From the NCBI GenBank assembly GCA_934444735.1, contig CAKSDE010000003.1, positions 105,910 to 169,909 of the forward strand: a DNA stretch of 64,000 nt, given 5' to 3'. A program made the translations under genes and the position numbers. Below, piece by piece: positions 48,167 to 59,100 of this stretch. The notes beneath the pieces were generated by a model. That model was not told the origin of the DNA. It made no database searches and was given only the letters and a program-made list of their open reading frames with translations. Origin of the DNA: an uncultured Clostridia bacterium. Lineage in GTDB: Bacteria; Bacillota; Clostridia; UBA1381. The number at the start of each line of letters is the position of its first letter. Position 1 is the first letter of the stretch.

Positions 48167-50308
48167 CTAAATAAGAGAATTGTCTTTATCGGTGTTTTCT
48201 TTTAAAAATACTGCATAATTACTGTTTATATTAATTGAATCCGTATCCTTATAATGCACATTATTTACCACATCAAAAAAGTCCGCTTTTTTCTTTAATT
48301 GTACTATTTTGCCGTCAGCCGAGAAAACCCCCATAACCGTATCGTTTGCATAGACTGTGCTGTTTAGCGGTGCATACATATGACAGCCCGCATTTTCGCA
48401 GATTTTTCTTATCATTTTGCGTCCAACCGGCGGAACGCACGATAAAATACTCACACCGCCGTCCTTTCGTATTCTGCTTACCACCGCGATTGCACTGTCA
48501 GACGGCATATCGGAAAGCTCCGGAATATGTTCATATTCCGCCATAGCTTTTCTTTCTTCGTACGTCATCTCACATCTGATGCCGTCTTTTGCCATGACTT
48601 CAATATAGGGAAATTCACCCATCTTATGTTCCTTTACCTCAAACCCTGTGATTTTCTCCACATTCTTAATATCAAACTTATCCCCTATAATTCCTGCGGC
48701 ATAGTTCCATATAACAGTTGCTTTAGGGTTTATCCTGCTCTTAATTTTCTGCCATTTTGACTCTTGCAATTTAAATGTATTCATGAAGATAATTACTTTG
48801 TATCGCCTGAGATCTATTTCATCCATGTCATTTAATCTGTACATATCATGCGGTGCGCCGACTAATGCCGCCTCACACTGCATATCCTGCATACTTCTTA
48901 AATGAAACGCATAATTTTGAGTAGTGTATATCAGATTTTCCTCGTCTGCCACAAGCAATATTTCGGCAATGCTTTTACCCTTTTTCAATCTCTTTTTGAG
49001 AGAATACATATCACTAATTGCACCCAAAACTTTTTTATCGCTGTACCAGCCGCTGCCGAGATCCATCCACCAAAGTATTGAATTGCTCTGAGCATTTCTC
49101 AAAAATTCGCGCCACAAAATTGCAATAAAGTCATCGACACTTTTCTGCACCTTCGGATTGTTTCTTATATCTATTTCGTCTATCCAGATTTTTTTGCGGT
49201 TTACCGACATAGGAACACAGTATGATCCTCCCGGCTCGCCAAGTTCATTTCTGTAATAAGACTTCGGTGCGCAGATATAATCAATATAAGGCGAATGAAG
49301 AATCTCTTCCAAATCCGTATGTCCGTGATAATCCGCACCGCTGTGCATGATATATCCGTGAAAGCATACCACAAGCTTGCCTGTTTTCTCCTTGATAATC
49401 TTCCCGAAGTATTCCGCCGTATTTAGCGCCAAATCTTTTCTGTACAGATTATAATCGATATAATTTTTACTTTTTTCCTCCATATGGAAAAACTCTTCAA
49501 GAGTTCCGGTGTTTTCATATCTCTGTTTGTTTGTCGGCAAAGGAACATTTTCCCATGTAAGCTTATCCACACCCCAGCGTTTCTTTAAACTATCGCAGCT
49601 GCCGTATTTATCCAGTGCCCAATCAAAAAATGCTTTTCTGTTATCAATTCCGAAATCGGCACTGTCGCCCCACATATGCGTTTCTCCGCACTTTCCCGTG
49701 CCGAAATGATAACCTATGATTCTATCGGCATATTTGCTGTTTTCCAAAGCTTCAATCAACTTTTCGGTATACTCCTTTGCAGCTTTTAACCACTTTTTTG
49801 AAGAAAAGCTCACCTGGGCAATCTTATATTCACGGTTTCGTACCTGCTCTTCCGTTTCGGTTATTCTCCTAAGCTCATCCGGAGTCCACGGCATATATTC
49901 CTGCCATTCACTCCCTACCAGATCTTGTATTTCATCTCTTGTCCTCGGTCCGTTTTCATATACATATACCGCTTCGGGGTTCTTTTTAAGCCACTCTACA
50001 GGCGGATTCAAGCGAAATCGCGGTATGTAATATATCTCTGGATTTGCCGACATAACCGCCTCCAATACCGCAAGCGGCGTCTTAAAATCATATACTCCGT
50101 CCCCTACCCAGCCATTGCTGATTGTGCAGGAATGAATCTTCACGCCCACCTCCGCCATTTCTTTATGATGCTGTTTATTTTTATCTATAGATTCATACAA
50201 TATATGGTTTCCCTCTTTATCAAAGACAGGCGGATCGGTTCCGAATCCCAGCTTTGACCAGAATATAAATTCATCTTCCATGAGTTTTAAACTTGCAGTA
50301 ATATCCAT
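48167..50308 (-). CDS. Cytoplasmic 713 aa protein of unknown function. Possibly a glycoside-hydrolase-like TIM-barrel protein.
   Basis: No signal peptide. No motif I can assign confidently. Sits upstream of the murQ operon and is followed by a 175 nt structured 3-prime region. Confidence 0.35.
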   Translation of the reverse strand: MDITASLKLMEDEFIFWSKLGFGTDPPVFDKEGNHILYESIDKNKQHHKEMAEVGVKIHSCTISNGWVGDGVYDFKTPLAVLEAVMSANPEIYYIPRFRLNPPVEWLKKNPEAVYVYENGPRTRDEIQDLVGSEWQEYMPWTPDELRRITETEEQVRNREYKIAQVSFSSKKWLKAAKEYTEKLIEALENSKYADRIIGYHFGTGKCGETHMWGDSADFGIDNRKAFFDWALDKYGSCDSLKKRWGVDKLTWENVPLPTNKQRYENTGTLEEFFHMEEKSKNYIDYNLYRKDLALNTAEYFGKIIKEKTGKLVVCFHGYIMHSGADYHGHTDLEEILHSPYIDYICAPKSYYRNELGEPGGSYCVPMSVNRKKIWIDEIDIRNNPKVQKSVDDFIAILWREFLRNAQSNSILWWMDLGSGWYSDKKVLGAISDMYSLKKRLKKGKSIAEILLVADEENLIYTTQNYAFHLRSMQDMQCEAALVGAPHDMYRLNDMDEIDLRRYKVIIFMNTFKLQESKWQKIKSRINPKATVIWNYAAGIIGDKFDIKNVEKITGFEVKEHKMGEFPYIEVMAKDGIRCEMTYEERKAMAEYEHIPELSDMPSDSAIAVVSRIRKDGGVSILSCVPPVGRKMIRKICENAGCHMYAPLNSTVYANDTVMGVFSADGKIVQLKKKADFFDVVNNVHYKDTDSININSNYAVFLKENTDKDNSLI

Positions 50309-50469
50309 CTTAAATCCCTATCCTTTTCGTTATAATCAGCCAGATTATCTGCTAATTCTATATTATATTTCCCGTCATTTTTTGTCAACCCCCAAATAAT
50401 GGCAAAAAAATTGCCATTTCTCTCAAAGCAAGAGAAGAATGGCACGAATACTTTTTCTGTAAGCTAAAA

Positions 50470-50503
50470 GGACCGAATCCCTCTTAATTATGGGATTCAG
50501 TCC
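50470..50503 (-). terminator. Intrinsic terminator after gene 50534-53491
   Basis: Minus-strand transcript forms GGACUGAAUCCC-auaauuaaga-GGGAUUCGGUCC (one mismatch) followed by UUUUAGCUU. Confidence 0.55.
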
Positions 50504-50533
50504 TCGCCATCTGATTATTTTTTTGTTGATCTA

Positions 50534-53491
50534 TTACTTTCCGAACTCGCCGTTTATCACAAATACCGTTGTAAAATATCCGTTCTCTGTTATGGTGAGC
50601 ATCTTTGAACATTCGTTAAAATACTCACTGTACGGCTTCACATCGTCAAGCGTTCCAACTTTTGCGGTAACATTCTTTTTATCAAAATTAACCAAGACTT
50701 TCGTCGAAGAACCTCTCATCGGCACAAACGTCTTAAAATACTTACCGCCGCCGAGATTTTCGTCATACGGTTCAGCCGTCAGATCCTGTGTTGTAACAGT
50801 CGAAATATTATTATCAACCGAATATACAAATCCGTACATAACGCGGTATGACGAATACGCATCGGTCACACTTCCCGAAATCGTTCCGTTTGAATCGTTA
50901 AACACAAACGGGTTGTATCTGCCGCTGTCGGTAAGAGTGCTGTCTATAACTCCGACAGAACCTGCAATACCGCCCTTTGCTCCGCCCTTTGCTCCAAAAT
51001 ACGGATTTTCCATATCGGCACGCCACAAAAGCTCTATTGCATTCGGATATATCTCTTCGCTGTCATAGGTATAGCGTATTATATCCCCTGCCTTTATTTT
51101 ATAATATACCGGCTTTGGATTTTTCTCCACATTCATACTGAGAGTATCGGTCGCCATAAGCGCCGGATTTACTTTATTGCCTTCTCTGTCCTCGCCGGCA
51201 TCATCTTTAGCATACAGAGTCATTTCGCTGACATTTGCCCCAACCTTGTATCCGTTGGTTTTATATCCAGAAAGCTTTATTGCCGGCTCATCGTCGGGAT
51301 CAAGTTCATAACTCACATCGGAAACAATAAAGAAACTGTGATATGACGCACCGAAATTCATGGTTTTTACAACATCTTTTTTCATAACAAGATATTCTGC
51401 AAGATTTCCGTTTTTGTTTGTGCCGTAGCTCTTAAAATCATAGTCTGCCTGCGACTGCAAAATATCTCTGTTTGTGCAGCTGTATTTACTCTCATCTGTT
51501 GTTTCTTCTATGGGGGTTGTAAATACCTTCGTATCATTTCCCGTCCATGTGTAATCCTTAAAATAACCGAATCCGTCCGGTTTATATTTGACCTTTTCTC
51601 CGTTTGAATCATATACCAGCTGGAGTCTGTTTTCTCCGCCGCGGTGTAAAAGGGGCAGCTCAACCAACTCAACCATACCGTCATCATTGAGCCGATACCC
51701 TATGATTCCGCTCTCATAGCTCCGCATTTTCTTATAAAAATCATTGCTCTTAAGCCTTACATATTTTGCGGAATCTTCTGTGTCGGAATCTCCGAATTTC
51801 ACCTTTTCCGCCGCCTGATAGCGCGCTGTTCCGCCCTCTGTATTCAGAATTTTCAGCCAAACGGTTTCATCTCCCAGTTCATCGTCGCTCGTTACTCTTA
51901 AAAGATAGCCAACCTTTAATTTATAGCTGCTTTCTTTATCTGCCCAGGCAACCTTTCCAAAGCTGTTTAAATACAGATTGACAGTTATATTTATAACAAG
52001 TGCCGTTTTATCGGCAGCACTTTGATATGCACCGTCAATATAGTATGTATTTTCTCCGTCCGAAACATATTCGCCCAATCTGTCGTCCTCGCCGGTTTCT
52101 TTCACCGCAAAATTTGCAATCTTTTCCTCTCCCGCAATAATTTTTACAACATCGCCCGACTGAGCCACGTCCAAAATCATGCCGACTTTCAGATCGGAAA
52201 ACTCAAGCTTTTTGCCGTCTCGGTCAAAAATTCCCAGCGTTTCCTCTTCATATGCCTTTTCAAGATTTATACTTCTCGGCACCGTCCCGTCTTTGCTGTA
52301 CGCTTTATTGTAAATAATCTTATCTCCCGAATCCACAAAGCTTGCGTACATCGATACATACTTATCGATAATTACCGTTTCATAATCATTTCCGCTCGGT
52401 GCAATCACTCTGACAGTACCGTCATCGAAAAGAAAATCACTCTCGGAAAAGCTCTTTTTAGCCATACCGTTATAAATCATCTTGACGTTTTTGGCAAGCG
52501 TCACATTTTTATCGCTGCGCCCCTGCGCATAATTCAGACGTCCGTCTTTAAAATAATTCACATCGGACGCGTCGATTTCTATAACGTTATTCTTATTTGT
52601 CGGCATAACGTAAATTACATCATTTTCATTTGCGTCCGCAACAGAATAGAAAGCTTTTACGTTATAGCCTATATATTCTCTTGCTAAAACCGCATTATCG
52701 CCGCGATTTCCGAGAGTTTTTGTACCGCATACAATAAAGTTCTTCCCTACGTCCGACTTACCGTACAAAGATGTCACGCCGTTATCCGTTATTACACCCT
52801 TTACATAATCGATTTCAACAATTCCCGTCAGAAAGGTTTCTTTTTCACTCGTGCTTATTCCTGCGCCGTCTGTACCAAAGCTCGGTTTCATCAGCTTTAC
52901 ATCAAACGCATTATATATAAGCCTTGCCGCCTCACCGACGGTCATTTCCTTTTCCCGTATGCTCTCCTCCATATTGATTATCCCGTTATCCTGTGCAACC
53001 TTTGCATATCCCGCCGGATATCCGCCGTTTATGTCACACATAGTCTTATAGCCCATCATATCAAGAAGAGTCTTTATTATTTCTGTATTTTTAACTGTTC
53101 TGTCCGGTGCAAAAATTCCGTCTCCCACACCGTTCATTATTCCGGCATTTGCCAGATTTAAAACCGCATCGGCATACTCGTTATGCGGATCAATATCATC
53201 AAATCTGTAGGTTACATTTTCTTTCTCGATAAGATTTACGTCTAAAGCCATATCACCGAAAAAATTATCCTCCCATGAAGTGTCTGCCTCTTTTTTATCG
53301 GAGAAGGTTTTCATGCTGTATATAATCTGAGCAAACTCTGCTCTTGAAAGAAGCTCATTCGCATCTTTTTTCACAAAGCCCATATTACTCAGGACATCAT
53401 ATCCTTCTCCGGTCGTATTTTCCGCGGCAAGTGCACTTACTGAAAATGCCATACAAACCGAAATCAGCAAGCTTGTTAATCTTTTAATCAT
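50534..53491 (-). CDS. Secreted 985 aa protein with an N-terminal SLH-like region, function unknown. Paralog of 31389-33959.
   Basis: Signal MIKRLTSLLISVCMAFSVSALA. SLH-like segments (LSRAEFAQIIY...; ADAVLNLANAGIMNGVGDGIFAPDRTVKNTEI). Collinear similarity to 31389-33959. Confidence 0.55.
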   Translation of the reverse strand: MIKRLTSLLISVCMAFSVSALAAENTTGEGYDVLSNMGFVKKDANELLSRAEFAQIIYSMKTFSDKKEADTSWEDNFFGDMALDVNLIEKENVTYRFDDIDPHNEYADAVLNLANAGIMNGVGDGIFAPDRTVKNTEIIKTLLDMMGYKTMCDINGGYPAGYAKVAQDNGIINMEESIREKEMTVGEAARLIYNAFDVKLMKPSFGTDGAGISTSEKETFLTGIVEIDYVKGVITDNGVTSLYGKSDVGKNFIVCGTKTLGNRGDNAVLAREYIGYNVKAFYSVADANENDVIYVMPTNKNNVIEIDASDVNYFKDGRLNYAQGRSDKNVTLAKNVKMIYNGMAKKSFSESDFLFDDGTVRVIAPSGNDYETVIIDKYVSMYASFVDSGDKIIYNKAYSKDGTVPRSINLEKAYEEETLGIFDRDGKKLEFSDLKVGMILDVAQSGDVVKIIAGEEKIANFAVKETGEDDRLGEYVSDGENTYYIDGAYQSAADKTALVINITVNLYLNSFGKVAWADKESSYKLKVGYLLRVTSDDELGDETVWLKILNTEGGTARYQAAEKVKFGDSDTEDSAKYVRLKSNDFYKKMRSYESGIIGYRLNDDGMVELVELPLLHRGGENRLQLVYDSNGEKVKYKPDGFGYFKDYTWTGNDTKVFTTPIEETTDESKYSCTNRDILQSQADYDFKSYGTNKNGNLAEYLVMKKDVVKTMNFGASYHSFFIVSDVSYELDPDDEPAIKLSGYKTNGYKVGANVSEMTLYAKDDAGEDREGNKVNPALMATDTLSMNVEKNPKPVYYKIKAGDIIRYTYDSEEIYPNAIELLWRADMENPYFGAKGGAKGGIAGSVGVIDSTLTDSGRYNPFVFNDSNGTISGSVTDAYSSYRVMYGFVYSVDNNISTVTTQDLTAEPYDENLGGGKYFKTFVPMRGSSTKVLVNFDKKNVTAKVGTLDDVKPYSEYFNECSKMLTITENGYFTTVFVINGEFGK

Positions 53492-53492
53492 A

Positions 53493-55214
53493 TTATCTTA
53501 CCCCCTTAATCAGTTCATATATGATTTTCGCCGCCTGTGCACGTGTGCAGTTGTTTTTGGGGCGGAATGTATTATTTGAAAATCCGTTTATAAATCCGCT
53601 CTCGCTCAAAGCCTTTACCGCACTCTTTGCATATTCCGAAATTTCATCGAAATCATCAAAGCTTACATCTTTTTTGGATTCTAAACTTACTTTGGCAAAA
53701 TCCGCCGCATTTTTAATCATAACAGCCATGTCCTGACGTGAAATATTTCTCCCCACTCCGAACATATCGCTTGAGATACCGTTTACCAATCCCAGCCTTT
53801 TTGCGGTATTTACATACTTTTCATACCAGCTGCCCGGCAAAACATCGACAAAGCCCTCGGAACTGTCGCTTATTTCAATTTCAAAAGCCTTCATAATCAT
53901 AACGGCAAACTGTTCTCTTGTAACATACGATTCGGGGGCAAAACGTTTTTCGCCCACACCGTTTATAATCTTCTTGTCGTACAAATACATTATTGCCTCT
54001 TTTGCCCACTCGGAGTTATTAAGATCGGTGAATATCTCATCTTTTTGTGTACTGCCGCCTATAATTACCGTCTGTGAATCACTTTTAGATGAGCTATAAC
54101 TACCACCGCCCGTGCCTTTATTCCCTGTATTTCCGGTATTAGTTTTGGCATTTTGTGCCGCATTTTCGATAACAGTCTCCAACTGTGCGATAGTATCAAA
54201 GGATTTCGACATAATTTCATCTGCTGCCCTTGAGCGTTCGCTGTCCGAAGTAAGCGCAAGATATTTCGGAATATTCAGTCCGCACGCCTTTGCGTTTTCC
54301 TTAGTCAAAAGCGCTTCAACATGACCGTTTCCGCTATCCTTATGATTCTTTATGCCGTACAAAACCACATTTTGATGAAAACCCTTTGCAAGCTCATCGG
54401 CATTTTTGAAATTCTTCTTCATAAGTGCCGCAATAACTTTATTCTTACCGTCCTCATTTAATATATTTTCGTATCCGTTTTTGTATAAATCCACACCGTC
54501 TTTATCATATTCCGAAAAATTTAGAATGCCAGTATTGATAAACACAGTACCGTTTGATATAAACTGTGAAAGTCCCTCGTTATATGCCTCGGTAAGCATC
54601 AGGCTTTTTAAAAGCTTTGTACTCTTTGCCGTATCCTCCCCATCAAGTGCTTGTCTGTTTTGGTATATCAGATTTGCAAACGCTTTTTTATCTATAGCGT
54701 CATATACCTCGCCCTCTACGGAAAGATTCTTTTGAATATCCGAAAGCTTTTCATAGACTGCGTCCGCACTCTCCGATTCTTTTATCATTTTCACGCAGGC
54801 TTTTCTGTCGTCAATACTTGCAAAATATACAGGCTCCGTCGTCTGAGCTGATGAAAATGCCTCTCCGCCGACATAGCAGGTATACTCTCCCGAATCGTTC
54901 ACGCCGTCCAAATAAATCGGCACTTCTATCCTGAAATACCCATTCTCTCCCGACACTACCGAATCCTGATACTGGAGATATTCGTTCCCCAATACCTTTT
55001 GGCTGTTATTCATATCATAACCGGGATTCAGGATCATAATATTGACATTTTCTCCCTTTTTCCCCGATGGAACATACCCTTCCACACAAAAGGCATATTC
55101 GCCGTTTAAAATGCTCTCGTAAAATTTAACACTCTCGTCTGCCTCGGCTGCAAACCCAAATGCCAAAGCTCCGATAGCACAGCACAATGCTGTCCTTTTA
55201 AATTTAACTGTCAT
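53493..55214 (-). CDS. Secreted 573 aa protein with three C-terminal SLH domains, N-terminal domain unknown
   Basis: Signal peptide. Gly/Thr/Asn-rich linker. Three clear SLH repeats at the C-terminus (…WAKEAIMYLYDKKIINGVGEKRFAPESYVTREQFAVMIMKAF… x3). Confidence 0.75.
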   Translation of the reverse strand: MTVKFKRTALCCAIGALAFGFAAEADESVKFYESILNGEYAFCVEGYVPSGKKGENVNIMILNPGYDMNNSQKVLGNEYLQYQDSVVSGENGYFRIEVPIYLDGVNDSGEYTCYVGGEAFSSAQTTEPVYFASIDDRKACVKMIKESESADAVYEKLSDIQKNLSVEGEVYDAIDKKAFANLIYQNRQALDGEDTAKSTKLLKSLMLTEAYNEGLSQFISNGTVFINTGILNFSEYDKDGVDLYKNGYENILNEDGKNKVIAALMKKNFKNADELAKGFHQNVVLYGIKNHKDSGNGHVEALLTKENAKACGLNIPKYLALTSDSERSRAADEIMSKSFDTIAQLETVIENAAQNAKTNTGNTGNKGTGGGSYSSSKSDSQTVIIGGSTQKDEIFTDLNNSEWAKEAIMYLYDKKIINGVGEKRFAPESYVTREQFAVMIMKAFEIEISDSSEGFVDVLPGSWYEKYVNTAKRLGLVNGISSDMFGVGRNISRQDMAVMIKNAADFAKVSLESKKDVSFDDFDEISEYAKSAVKALSESGFINGFSNNTFRPKNNCTRAQAAKIIYELIKGVR

Positions 55215-56155
55215 AATCCCAATCCTTTCTCTGTGATGTCAGTATAATCGGAAAATTCCTTCTCCGAAATCACGACCACGCCGCGTGCGTCCCAATACAC
55301 CTTTTTCCCCAGTGCTTCGGCAAGCGCTCTTGCCGGAATCATCGTCCTCGAATCCTCAATATACGGTGCGCTGTCAAATTCTTTCTTTTCTCCGTTTTGC
55401 AGATATTCGCATCTGCCGATATAAAATGAAATCTCGTTTTCGCCGTATTTTATATCAACTCTCTTTTCCTCTTCATTCCAGCTCACGTCCGCACCCATCT
55501 TCTCCGAAACAAATCTTACCGGAATCATTGTTCTTGAATCCTTTATTACCGCTTTGCCCATGTCCATCGGTACTCTGTTTCCGTTTACAAGCGCATTTTC
55601 GGCATTGATCTTAAGAACAATTCCTTCCTCGCCGCCAAGATAATTCAAAAACGCTTCTTTTGTAGTCCTTACGAGCCTGAATGCACACGCGCTCGCATTC
55701 CCCTCACCGCTTGCCGTAATCTCCAGATCGAACACCAAGTCGGACGTGTTGCACACTCCGAGATACTGCCAGCCCGACTCGCCCTCCGAGCAGTCCATAA
55801 TACTTGTACCGCTCGACGAGCCTGTTGCAAACCATGCAACGCTTACATTCTTATCTCCGTTTTCAACCACATTTTTCCAAACGTATACTTCATAATATCC
55901 GTTATCTCCCGGGCGCACACCGCTCCATTTTGCACTTGCTCCCGCATCTTGTGCGGTTCTTTTTTCATGATCCGAAAAGCCGCAGCCGTCAGCGGTCCAT
56001 GCTCCCGTTTCACTATACTCCGAATTGCCGACATACCAAATCAAGCCGTCCTCCGAAATAACGGTCGTATTGCTCTCGTCGGGAATATCCCAAGCAAAAG
56101 CTTGTGGAAAAGACAGGCAAAAAATTATAATCACGCTTAATATTGTTTTCTTCAT
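55211..56155 (-). CDS. Secreted 314 aa protein. Unknown N-terminal domain plus two copper-amine-oxidase N-terminal-like (wall-binding or stalk) domains.
   Basis: Signal MKKTILSVIIIFCLSFPQAFA. C-terminal TMIPVRFVSEKMGADVSWNEEEKRV... and TMIPARALAEALGKKVYWDARGVVVI (PF07833-like). Four-nucleotide overlap with the downstream gene. Confidence 0.6.
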   Translation of the reverse strand: MKKTILSVIIIFCLSFPQAFAWDIPDESNTTVISEDGLIWYVGNSEYSETGAWTADGCGFSDHEKRTAQDAGASAKWSGVRPGDNGYYEVYVWKNVVENGDKNVSVAWFATGSSSGTSIMDCSEGESGWQYLGVCNTSDLVFDLEITASGEGNASACAFRLVRTTKEAFLNYLGGEEGIVLKINAENALVNGNRVPMDMGKAVIKDSRTMIPVRFVSEKMGADVSWNEEEKRVDIKYGENEISFYIGRCEYLQNGEKKEFDSAPYIEDSRTMIPARALAEALGKKVYWDARGVVVISEKEFSDYTDITEKGLGL

Positions 56156-56176
56156 TTTCTTTCCTCTCCTTTTCCG

Positions 56177-59100
56177 TTATTTTTGAAATTCCATTCCCGA
56201 TTTATTCAAATCATAGAAGTTTACGCGTGTCGATTTGAATTTTGAATACGGATCGGTATAATCGATAATCTTATTGCCGTCCGCATAGAGCATTACTCTC
56301 ATGCCCCTCATTGTCGGATATGCTCCGATTACAAGATTTGCAAATTCACCGTCTTTAATATACGTGTTCGTGACCTTTGCAAGTATTGACGAAGAGCCTT
56401 CGGAAACTCTCTTTAAGATAATCTTATCCGCACTCACATAAAATCTGTATCCTTCTTTATCATCTTCATCGGCACGGAGTGCAAAGCCTTGTCCCTCTCC
56501 CGAAAGATTAAACTTAACCTTAAGGTTCAGCACCTCATTCCCCGCAAATCCTCCTGCGGAAATGAGTGAGCTTTCAGCGCTCGTCTCCGTTTTATATGAT
56601 GCCGCGGTATCATTTTTCTCCAATACCGCCGAAACCGTCTTTATATCGTCCGATTTAAACAGCTTATCAAATCCGTCCGCTTTTTGCGGTTCAACAGCTG
56701 TAAGCTTTCCTGTGACAACGCTTGCATCAAAGCTCATATCGGTATCGTCGCTTTTGGCAACCTCTATATAATCTGTAACATGCTCCGCTGCATACATACG
56801 GTTATAAATCTGGAAATGTCCGGGTTCTGTTATAACTCCGTCACTGTCAAGCTCATTTAAAACGGTCTTGCCGTCCACTCTTAAAATAACTCTTATTCCG
56901 TCCTCGGTATCGAGCGCACCGACCTCATATTCATGCCACTGCTCATTTTTCACGAAATCATTCTTGATTTCTTTTAACATACCGCCGCCGCTGTTATATC
57001 TCTGGAACTCTATCACATCTTCTTTTATGATAATCATATACCCGACACCGCCGACGCCGTACGCCATGCCCGGTGTCTGCTGTCTTAATCCGAAGCCCGT
57101 CCATTCGCCTCCAAATTTCGCCTTCATCTTAAATTTCAGCAATTGATACCCGGGGAGCTCCGCCGCCTCGTAATATCCGAACTCCGTTCCCTCGATATGC
57201 ATAATACCGTCTTTGTATGTCGGAGTGCCGGCATACCAGCCGTCCTGATTTTCAAGCCAGCTCTCTATTGAAAGATAGCCGATATTTCTCGATGCCGTTG
57301 CTTTCTTTCTTGCGGCAATCAGCTTTTCCGTCATATCGTCAACAGCGTCTTGCTTGATAAATCTTGAATCGTTAACCGTCTGCGCCTCGTCAATCGCACT
57401 TTTAAATTCATCAATCGCGCTTTGAGTACATTGCCCCATTGCCTCTCCTACCGAAAGCTCCGACAATACCTCATTCGCCTTTTTGATTTCCTCCGCAATT
57501 ACAATTTTCTCGCTTTCTTCATATTTTGCGGTTCTTAGTCTGTACGGACTTCCCGTCGATTGCTTATCCGGAAGATTTTCCTTTGAAATATCAATCCCCG
57601 TAACCGTCCAATAGTACGTTTTCAAGCCCTCCTCAAGCTTATCGGTAGAATAATAGTTATATCCGACAATCTCGTCCGCAACAACATTTTTCATGTCCTT
57701 ATCGGTTGCGATAACGATTCTGTATTTATCGTATATATCACTTTTTGTCCATTTAAATTCCGTCTTTGCGGAATTTATATTATCCGCGCCGTTTTGCGGA
57801 TAAAGCTTTACAATATCTCTGTCCAAAAGCTTTTTCGCCTTTTCGAGCATATCTTCCGAAACACCCATTTCATCAAGCTTTATATTACTCAAGCCCGGGT
57901 GTGTCTTTAAAATTTCGCTGTTCTCTTTTATTTCAAAGTTCCCGTGCGCCTCATCGACAAAATCATCGAATTTATCTGTCGAATAATTGTTTCTGTCCTC
58001 ATTTGCCAAAACCTTATCTCCCGTATATTCGGGGATTTCGTAAATCGATCTTACAAACAAATTATCCACAACATGGTTATCGTGCGCCATATGCTCGGAT
58101 TCCCTCAAATTTGCAATTTTCGGGAACCGCTCAAGATAAATCGGGTACTTTTTAACCCACTCGTCACACGAATCAAAAAGTTCTGCCCACTGACCTTTTG
58201 CGCCGGATATTCTAACTCCGACATCATTATCAATAAAGATGTTATCATGAATTTCGGCGTCATTTCCCGTATTCATGAATACACCTCTTGACATTCCGCA
58301 AAAGATGTTATTATGTATATACCACTCACTCAGACGGTCGTCCATATAAACACCGCAGGCAATCTCACCGATGCTCTTATCCAGCGATTTTACATGGTGA
58401 ATGTAATTGTTTGAAATGTCCACTCCGCGCTGATAGAGGTTTCTTCCTGCATAGATTGCTCCCGAGTCATGCACCTCTTTACATGAATCAAAAAGCTCGT
58501 TATTATATATCTTATGCAGACTTCCTCCGCCTGTTATAAGGTGCGAACCTGCATTGTGCATCGTACAGTTCTTTACAGTTATTCCGACTCCCAAAAATCT
58601 CACTGCCGGAACATAGCCCACAATCTCTGTACCCACACCCGAAAAATAGCAGTTTTCGATTATATTGCCCGATTCGGTCAAGGTCGGCTCATCTCCGCCC
58701 TGCAAGTCGATTGTGGTAAATCCGATATTATTGAATATCGAATTTTTTATAACTATATTATATGAATTTGGAGTTTTCTGGTACTGTCTGTACAGATCCA
58801 CATAATCTCTTATCCCCATGCCCTCAATATCTCTGAATGTGCAGTTATCAAAGGTTATATCTGTACATGACGGCAGCTGAACCGCGTCATATCTCGACTG
58901 CGCAAATTCCAGTCCCTCAAAGTTCACATAATGCACATCACTTAATTTCAGCATAACCGAAGAAAGCGTTGATATTTCAAGCACCTCATCGGAAATGCGG
59001 TTCTGCGGATAATAATATAAAAGCATAGAATCCGGGTCTATGTACCACTCGCCCGGCATATCTATTTCCTCCAAAAGATTATACACAAAATATCTTCTGT

